Shown here: positions 58,200-64,000 of the stretch, piece after piece
How the letters are laid out: every line of letters begins with the position of its first letter
How positions within the stretch are numbered: the stretch's first letter is position 1
Assembly (NCBI GenBank): GCA_050692055.1
Contig: JBOGTC010000075.1
Location: 4,438-68,437, forward strand
Direction: 5' to 3'
Origin: Candidatus Limnocylindria bacterium
GTDB lineage: Bacteria; Chloroflexota; Limnocylindria; QHBO01
DNA length: 64,000 nucleotides
Notes under the pieces: model-generated
The model's database searches: none
What the model saw: the letters and a program-made list of their open reading frames with translations, nothing else
Told to the model about the DNA's origin: nothing
Translations under genes and position numbers: made by a program

Positions 58200-59051
58200 A
58201 TGGCTAGACCAGCGACGATCCGCATCTTCCTGGCGGATGGAACTCCTGAAGGCCTGCGGATCATTGAGAAGTCACTCTGGACCGGTCGCGGGTTCGACTT
58301 TGCGCGCGCGGAGTGGACGAGGGTTCGGTCGAGGGACGATTTTGCTAAGCCAGGCGTGTACGTGCTCTCCGGGCCGGCCGATGACGGAACCACGATCATC
58401 TACGTCGGAGAGGCGGATGAGCTGCGATCCCGCCTCAACCTCCACCACGGCTCGCTCGACTTCTGGACACGAGCGATCGCATTCGTCAGCAAGGACGAGA
58501 ACCTGAACAAGGCTGGCGTCAAGTACCTGGAGTCGCGCCTTGTCGCGCTGGCAACCGATGCAAAGCGGGCGGCTTTGAAGAACGGAAACGTACCCGGCGC
58601 TCCGTTCATGTCGGAAGCCGACCGCGCCGAAGCGGAAGGCTTCCTGGAGGAGATGCTACCGATCTATCCCCTCATGGGCATCACGGCATTCGAGGTCGTT
58701 CAGGTCTCCGCTGCTGACCCTCAATCTGTCCGGCTGCATCTCAATCGCGCCGGAATCGTCGCCTATGGGCGGGATATCGCTGAGGGCTTTGTTGTCGAAG
58801 CAGGGTCAGCCGCGAGAAGCGGCGAAACCAAGGGCTTGCATCAATATGTCCGCACACTGAGATCAAAGCTGTTGGCGGACGGCGTCCTCGTCGCCGATGG
58901 CCCACAGCTCCGCGTCGCGTCCGACTACGTGTTCGGTTCACCCTCCACGGCCGCGGCCGTGATTCTCGGCAGCCCGGCAAACGGCCGGACCGAGTGGACC
59001 GACGAGCAAGGCCGCATGTTGAAGACGATCCAGGAGAAGGCGGCGGAATGA
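58200..59051 (+). CDS. GIY-YIG nuclease domain + DUF4357 protein
   Basis: GVYVLSGPADDGTTIIYVGEADELRSRLNLH (GIY-YIG-like) N-terminus and C-terminal region resembling DUF4357. Family assignment from memory. Confidence 0.55.
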   Translation: MARPATIRIFLADGTPEGLRIIEKSLWTGRGFDFARAEWTRVRSRDDFAKPGVYVLSGPADDGTTIIYVGEADELRSRLNLHHGSLDFWTRAIAFVSKDENLNKAGVKYLESRLVALATDAKRAALKNGNVPGAPFMSEADRAEAEGFLEEMLPIYPLMGITAFEVVQVSAADPQSVRLHLNRAGIVAYGRDIAEGFVVEAGSAARSGETKGLHQYVRTLRSKLLADGVLVADGPQLRVASDYVFGSPSTAAAVILGSPANGRTEWTDEQGRMLKTIQEKAAE

Positions 59052-59115
59052 TCACAACCCATCGGCATCTGCCGTACAGCTTCGAGCGCCCCCCGGAAGT
59101 CGGCGGTTGGCTAGC

Positions 59116-59823
59116 CGATGACGGAGCTGCAGACCAACGTCCTCTACTACGGCGACAACCTCGAGATCCTGCGCCGATACTCCCGGACGCCTCGGTCGAC
59201 CTGATCTACCTCGACGCGCCGTTCAACTCGAACCGCGACTGCTCGCCTTCGAGGACACCTGGCACTGGGGCCCATCGGCCGAGTCGACCTACCGATACCT
59301 GACGAACACGGTCCACCACCAGGGCCGCGTCCCGGACAAGGTCAGCACCATCATCGCGGCGCTGCGCTCAGGGATCGGCTCGAATCAGATGATGGCCTAC
59401 CTCGTCGAGATGGCCGTCCGGCTCGTCGAGCTCCATCGCGTCCTGAAGCCGACCGGCTCGCTCTACCTCCACTGCGACCCTACCGCAAGCCACTACCTAA
59501 AGCTCATTCTCGACGGCGTCTTCGGGCCGCTCAGCTTCCGCAACGAGATCAGCTGGAAGCGATTCAGTGGCAAGAACGATCCCAAGCGGTATGGCCGAAA
59601 TCACGACGTCATCCTCTTCTACAGCAGCCGGACGCATGATCGAGCGGATCACGCAGAAGGTGCGTCACGCAGATGGATACACCGAAATGGAAACACGCGT
59701 AGACCGGGATATCTTGGTGAAGCCGCGGAAGCGGAGGTCGCGACGCCAGAAGGGCACCTCACGATGAGGCTTCACGGCTGGAACAAGTGTGGAGCGGGAG
59801 GAGATCCGGTGTCCAGTTGGTAA
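59116..59823 (+). pseudogene. Degraded N4/N6 DNA methyltransferase (PF01555-type): two frameshifts, internal deletion, mutated DPPF motif, truncated C-terminus
   Basis: My three-frame reading: frame B MTELQTNVLYYGDNLEILRRY. After a -1 shift, LPDASVDLIYLDAPFNSNRD (DAPF instead of DPPF/Y). After a second break, AFEDTWHWG...MMAYLVEMAVRLVELHRVLKPTGSLYLHCDPTASHYLKLILDGVFGPLSFRNEISWKRFSGKNDPKRYGRNHDVILFYS, then non-homologous tail. Track shows it split into ORFs 58994..59302 and 59389..59823. Confidence 0.6.
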
Positions 59824-59848
59824 TGCCGATCGGCGAGGCAAGGACGAC

Positions 59849-60559
59849 TCAGGCGAGAGCACTAGCGCGGGTCGCTGATGTGAGGTACAGATCTCGGAGC
59901 CTATCTCGCAGTTCGATGCCGCCGTTGGTGATGCAGAGTCTGAGGTGCAGATCTTCCGGAAACTCGGCTACGTGACTCCCAGTCCGAGCCGGCCTGGCCA
60001 CATTCCTTGGCCACGTGCGCATGATCCGGTTAACGGCCGGCTGTATGGCAGGGTCCGAGAATGCAAGTCTTTCGAGCTGCAATAGGTACCACATCGACTC
60101 CAGGTTTCGACTCGCCTCGACGGCCGCTTGCCATGGAGCCGCAAACAAGAGGGCACCGTAATCCATTAGATCGCAGAAGGCCTCGACGCAGTTGCGCGAA
60201 GTGACGCTCAGGTCCAGAAGGCTCGTCGTGTGAAAGAAGTCGTTTCTCCGCGTTCGCCGTATGCGCATCTCGGCCAACAGTGAGGCCACCTCAGTCGAAA
60301 CTTCTGGTCGCTTGGCGTCGATGGCTCCTTGGACATCGGCCTGCACCTCAGCGTAGTTCTTGAATCGCTCCCCGTTTCGCGTCGCCACTGCGTCACGCCA
60401 GTTGCGATCATCGGCGAGTAGGAAGAGCTTGGAGGTCAGCTCGGTGTAGTCATCGCAAAGGATGTAGGCGGTGCGGAGATACTGCCCGCCGGATCTTCCT
60501 GTGAAGTACACCTCAACGCCGGAGCAGATCTCGTCCACCAGATACTTGAGCTGGGTCAC
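59849..60559 (-). CDS. Hypothetical protein with HEPN-like Rx4H motif (RNDFFH), translationally coupled to hsdS; candidate abortive-infection/RNase effector
   Basis: 236 aa. ATG overlaps hsdS stop (ATGA). Lower GC than flanks. Rx4H is the minimal HEPN signature. No further assignment. Confidence 0.4.
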   Translation of the reverse strand: MTQLKYLVDEICSGVEVYFTGRSGGQYLRTAYILCDDYTELTSKLFLLADDRNWRDAVATRNGERFKNYAEVQADVQGAIDAKRPEVSTEVASLLAEMRIRRTRRNDFFHTTSLLDLSVTSRNCVEAFCDLMDYGALLFAAPWQAAVEASRNLESMWYLLQLERLAFSDPAIQPAVNRIMRTWPRNVARPARTGSHVAEFPEDLHLRLCITNGGIELRDRLRDLYLTSATRASALA

Positions 60560-61199
60560 GGGGCGGCTCTAGCTTCGAGGGCAGACAAGAACGTTTGGCG
60601 GGCCTCTTGCCACTCCACGTATGCCTCCGCCATCAAGCGTGCAGCCTCTTGCCTGCGCGCATCGACGCCAGAGGCGATGTCCTCCTGCATGGCGCGGGAT
60701 GGCAAGGGAATGTCCAACGAGCGCACGTCGGTTGCCGAGATCCGAGGGTGCGTGTTCCCGGTCATCATGTGCCGCGTCTGCGCGACGACGAGGGATGATC
60801 GCAGTACCGCGGCGAGATAGCGGCCTGACACGTGGCTCCCCGGTCGGATCCGCAGAACGGCGAACTCCGGGGAGCAGACCCCGGGCTGGTCGGCGAGGTG
60901 CACCTTATTGAGGTAGGGGCGCAATCGACAGAAAAGGATGTCGCCCCGCTCAAAAGCAAGACCAGACGGGGGTACTGGCTCATCCCCTCCAGCGACGAGG
61001 TGCCCGGTCCCGGATTCGACGTTGGCCAAGCCGATGTATCGGGTGCTGTCCGAGGTGGTCGAAACCACGCGCACCAGGTCTGCGACTTCGACGAGTGGGA
61101 CGACGCGGACTCCTCGAGCGTGCGCAGAGCGCATGGACTCGACTGCTGTTAGTCGTTGGGGGTGGAAGAACGGCGCGTCGAGCCGGTTTGACCGTGCGA
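60556..61199 (-). pseudogene. hsdS: Type I restriction-modification specificity subunit HsdS, C-terminal half (TRD2 + C-terminal conserved helix), separated from its N-terminal half by IS insertion
   Basis: GVRVVPLVEVADLVRV...PEFAVLRIRPG...LDIPLPSRAMQEDIASGVDARRQEAARLMAEAYVEWQEAR typical of HsdS. Confidence 0.6.
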
Positions 61200-61204
61200 C
61201 TAGG

Positions 61205-62237
61205 TGTCGTTCCCACTTAGATCGTTGACAGACTGAGAGCCCTCGTGCTCGGTTTGGGGTTGTTGAAGCTCCACACCGAGGGAGGGCTCTCATGCTCCAT
61301 CGTACCGCCAAGCTGACGCCGTATGGGAGGCGGCTACTGGTCGAGCGGGTCCTGGTCGAGGGGTGGTCGCCGGCGATCGCGGCTGAAACGCTCGGCGTGA
61401 GCCGAGCCACCGCCTACAAGTGGCTGCGCCGCTACCGAGCCGAGGGCGTGGCCGGGCTCGAGGATCGCTCGGCACGACCGCAGCGCCGGCCACGTTCGCT
61501 GCCGGAGCGCGAGGTGCGCCGCATCCTCCGCCTTCGTCGTCGGCTGCGGGTCGGGCCGCACCGGCTCGGCCCGCTGCTCGGCCACCCGCGCTCGACGGTC
61601 TACGGCGTGCTGCGCCGTCATGGCGTGAGCCGCTTGGCCCACGCTGATCGTCTGACCGGCGTGCCGCTGCGCTACGTGCGCGAGCGGCCCGGAGAACTGA
61701 TCCACGTCGACGTCAAGCGGCTGGGTCGGGTACCCGACGGCGGTGGCCACCGCATGCTCGGCCCGGGCGCACGTCGCGACCGAGGCGCGGGGTACGACTA
61801 CCTGCACGTCGCCATCGACGACGCCACCCGGCTCGCTTTCATCGGCGTCCATGCCGACGAGCGGGCCGCCACCACGGTGCGCTTCCTGCGCGACGCGGTC
61901 GCCTTCTTCGCCGACCACGGCATCCGGGTCGAGCGGGTCATGACCGACAACGCCATGACCTACACCCAGTCGCGTCAGCTGGCAGCGCTGTTCGCGGCCT
62001 CAGGCATTCGCCACCTGCGCACCCGTCCGCGGCGGCCACAGACGAATGGCAAGGCCGAGCGTTTCATCGGCACCCTGCAGCGCGAGTGGGCCTACGCCCG
62101 TCTGTTCCGCTCGAACGCCGAACGCCTGGCGTCGCTGCCGCGCTGGCTCGAGACCTACAATCGACGGCGTCCCCATGCCGCGCTGGGTGGCCTCAGTCCG
62201 CTGACCGTGCTTGTCAACAAGCTCGGTGGGAACGACA
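61205..62237 (+). mobile_element. IS481-family insertion sequence (1033 bp) with ~27-bp imperfect terminal inverted repeats, flanked by CTAGG duplication
   Basis: Left end gTGTCGTTCCCACttagatcGTTGACA. Right end TGTCAACaagctcgGTGGGAACGACAg. Flanks aCTAGG|...|gCTAGG consistent with the NCTAGN 6-bp target duplication known for IS481. Confidence 0.75.
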
Positions 62238-62242
62238 GCTAG
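61292..62242 (+). CDS. IS481-family transposase (DDE, rve integrase core)
   Basis: 316 aa. N-terminal HTH, HVDVKRL...D...E rve-type catalytic core, IS481-typical LHRTAKLTPYGR N-terminus. Confidence 0.85.
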   Translation: MLHRTAKLTPYGRRLLVERVLVEGWSPAIAAETLGVSRATAYKWLRRYRAEGVAGLEDRSARPQRRPRSLPEREVRRILRLRRRLRVGPHRLGPLLGHPRSTVYGVLRRHGVSRLAHADRLTGVPLRYVRERPGELIHVDVKRLGRVPDGGGHRMLGPGARRDRGAGYDYLHVAIDDATRLAFIGVHADERAATTVRFLRDAVAFFADHGIRVERVMTDNAMTYTQSRQLAALFAASGIRHLRTRPRRPQTNGKAERFIGTLQREWAYARLFRSNAERLASLPRWLETYNRRRPHAALGGLSPLTVLVNKLGGNDS

Positions 62243-62243
62243 G

Positions 62244-62995
62244 CAGGCGGCCACGCGGTAGCCGCGCAGCCTGTGAGGCGGTGTGTCTATAACACCCAGG
62301 TGCGCGTCGACTAGATGGTCCACTTCGGTCATGACACGCGCTGCGATTGTCCGCTTGTCGTCACGCCGCAAGCGCGCGTCCCGATAGGCATCCGCGAGAC
62401 GGCGCTGTTCCGCCACGGATGGCAGCGGGACGACGAGCGAGCGCAGCTCCGACACATTGATGTTGGCCATCCCGGCTATTCGCCGGCTCACCAGACGAAG
62501 CTGCTCGCGTCCGCCCGTGTTGACGAAAGCCGAGAGATAGTCCGGCTCAGCCTTGGTTCGATCGACCTGCAGTCGAAGGAGATACGAGGCGAAGACCCAC
62601 TCACCATCAAGATCGAAGACGGCACTCTTCCCAACGAGCTCCTGAGAATTCGTCCGGTTCACGAGAACATCGCCCCGCGAGAGGACAAATCGCTCGAGGA
62701 CGGAATCGTCAATGCGAACGAACTTCACGTCCGAGACGTCCATGCCGTCGTCGCGAAGGTTATTCATACGAAGGATCGGAATGCCGGGTCTATGATTGCT
62801 GGCGCGCACGGAAAGCCCGTACTGAATGCGGTGAACCAGTGCTCCCAGTTCGAGGACCGGGAATCGCCACCTGTTGCGGCCGGCCGGAGTCCGCTGCGAT
62901 AACACGAATGCCGGATCAGCACGGGTGCGTAGAGAGCGGGCGGGAACACGGAAGGCGACCGGCTGACGTAGAGGACTACTAGCCGGCAACAGCAT
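62244..62995 (-). pseudogene. hsdS: HsdS N-terminal half (TRD1 + central conserved region), disrupted by the IS481 element
   Basis: RFPVLELGALVHRIQYGLSVRAS...VVPLPSVAEQRRLADAYRDARL typical of HsdS. 5' boundary uncertain. Confidence 0.55.
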
Positions 62996-64000
62996 GACCG
63001 TGGTAGAGATCGGCAATGGCCGGCAAGTCGTTGTCCGTCTCGCGGCCTGTAGCGTCGTACCCAACGAAGTCTGCGATGGCCATGAATACGTCCTCGTCCT
63101 CTTCCGCTCGCTCCGCCTCGTCGCGGCGCCGGACAAAGACGAAACTCGACTTCACGCCAGCCCCAAAATGCGAGAAGGCCGTAGCGGGCAGGCTCACAAC
63201 CGCGAGTACTTGGAAGCGCTCGAGAAGGAAGTCACGGACGTACTGGAGTGATGCATTCGTCAAGATTCCGTCCGGTAGGATGATTCCCGCGCGTCCTGTG
63301 CCCGGCTTCAGGAACTGCCACACCCGCTCGATGAAGAGCACCTCGGTCCGCTGTGATTTTCGCGGAGTGTCGCGCCCGGACTTGGACGGCATCCTGCCCA
63401 GTTCGAAAGTCGAGAGATGGGGTCGCTGCGCCAGGGTTACCTGGGCGCCAAAGGGAGGATTGGTGAGGATTAGGTCGAAGCGACCCGGCGAGAGACCGGG
63501 GTTCTTCTGCTGCAGCTGGCTGAGTGGAAGCAAGGCATCCGAACCAACTATGTTCGAGTGACCGTCGTCGTGAATGATCATGTTCATCTTCGCCACGCGG
63601 GTCAGCTCGTCGTTTATCTCGACCCCATATAGGTTGCGCGTCCCAAAGTCGTGCCAGTGCCGAAAATGCTGAGGCGTATCGGCTTGGTGGTACGCGTCCG
63701 CCTCTTTCCTCACCGCATCCAAGGCGTACAGCAGAAAGCCCCCTGAGCCACATGCTGGGTCCAAAACGATGTCATCGCTGGTTGGCTGCAGGATGTCGAT
63801 CGCGAACTGGATCAGGTCACGCGGCGTGAAGTACTGCCCGAAGTCGCCCTTGAAGAAGTTGTCGACGAACTGCTCGAATGCAACGCCTTTGATGTCCAGG
63901 TCCGTTTCCGATAGATTGACGCTCTCGAGGTGGGAGACGACGTTCCTCAGGGTTGCATCGTCGATCTTGATCGTATCGGTGAAGACGTCGGGTTCTCGCT
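62979..64000 (-). CDS. hsdM: Type I restriction-modification DNA methyltransferase subunit HsdM (3' part; gene continues past window end)
   Basis: NPPFG motif IV, LDPACGSGGFL motif I. My translation of 63765-64000 continues in frame (…FTPRDLIQFAIDILQPTSDDIVLDPACGSGG), so the track ORF start at 63764 is an artefact. Confidence 0.8.
   Translation of the reverse strand, partial: REPDVFTDTIKIDDATLRNVVSHLESVNLSETDLDIKGVAFEQFVDNFFKGDFGQYFTPRDLIQFAIDILQPTSDDIVLDPACGSGGFLLYALDAVRKEADAYHQADTPQHFRHWHDFGTRNLYGVEINDELTRVAKMNMIIHDDGHSNIVGSDALLPLSQLQQKNPGLSPGRFDLILTNPPFGAQVTLAQRPHLSTFELGRMPSKSGRDTPRKSQRTEVLFIERVWQFLKPGTGRAGIILPDGILTNASLQYVRDFLLERFQVLAVVSLPATAFSHFGAGVKSSFVFVRRRDEAERAEEDEDVFMAIADFVGYDATGRETDNDLPAIADLYHGHAVAG

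Noticed and set aside
58994-59115. ATG at 59048 overlapping the GIY-YIG stop (ATGA) as methyltransferase start
   Set aside because: The canonical methyltransferase N-terminal motif (LYYGDNLEILR) is in another frame starting at 59116. The 59048 frame N-terminus has no methyltransferase similarity.
63764-63766. Track start of hsdM ORF at 63764
   Set aside because: My translation shows the hsdM frame continues open to the window end. The gene is truncated by the window, not started here.
1-64000. CRISPR arrays, tRNA, rRNA
   Set aside because: No regularly spaced direct repeats, no tRNA T-loop/acceptor-like signatures, and no rRNA-like conserved stretches noticed on reading. Not verified computationally.

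Overview
High-GC (roughly 68-70%) bacterial chromosomal window. Gene content and the frequent GTG/TTG starts with GGAGG-type ribosome-binding sites suggest Actinomycetota or Chloroflexota/Thermomicrobia. Dense coding on both strands; many long ORFs in the supplied track are antisense or alternate-frame artefacts of the GC bias and were discarded.

Content in order:
- 1-5.6 kb: sugar-uptake operon on the minus strand (ROK regulator, ROK kinase, solute-binding protein, two permeases). Two palindromic candidate operators sit in its promoter, and a SemiSWEET gene follows.
- A ~230-bp non-coding element occurs twice (6.28 kb and 11.75 kb), each copy directly after the stop of a sugar-related gene.
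- An XRE-HTH + TPR regulator lies convergent to a strongly expressed-looking 38-aa pre-peptide gene in an AT-richer patch. This is a candidate RRNPP/arbitrium-like peptide communication pair.
- Vgb-type beta-propeller lipoprotein, GH15 glucoamylase, DUF1385 protein, and many small hypothetical or membrane proteins.
- A BMP-family nucleoside ABC transporter operon with a CDA-family deaminase.
- A TetR regulator with a perfect operator palindrome, followed by a membrane protein and an OmpR/histidine-kinase two-component pair.
- A frameshifted N-terminal remnant of an MDR oxidoreductase, an aminotransferase, a SAM methyltransferase, a class III adenylyl cyclase, and an intact MDR oxidoreductase.
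- An ~11-kb catabolic cluster at 39.5-50.6 kb: XRE-cupin regulator, LLM oxidoreductase, ester cyclase, amidohydrolase, D-aminoacylase, a sugar-type ABC transporter, and OrtB/OrtA-like 2-amino-4-ketopentanoate thiolase homologues. The genes are translationally coupled.
- FAD oxidase, a second LLM oxidoreductase, a GH36-like hydrolase, and a ComEC-type MBL + ComEA helix-hairpin-helix membrane protein.
- From ~56.6 kb to the window end, a lower-GC, partly decayed defence island: a domain-fused HNH nuclease (candidate Type IV restriction enzyme), a second divergent HNH nuclease, a GIY-YIG/DUF4357 nuclease, a multiply frameshifted DNA methyltransferase pseudogene, a HEPN-motif protein coupled to hsdS, and a Type I restriction-modification locus whose hsdS is split by an IS481-family insertion. 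The insertion has CTAG-type target duplications. hsdM runs off the window and no hsdR is present.

No rRNA, tRNA or CRISPR array was recognised.
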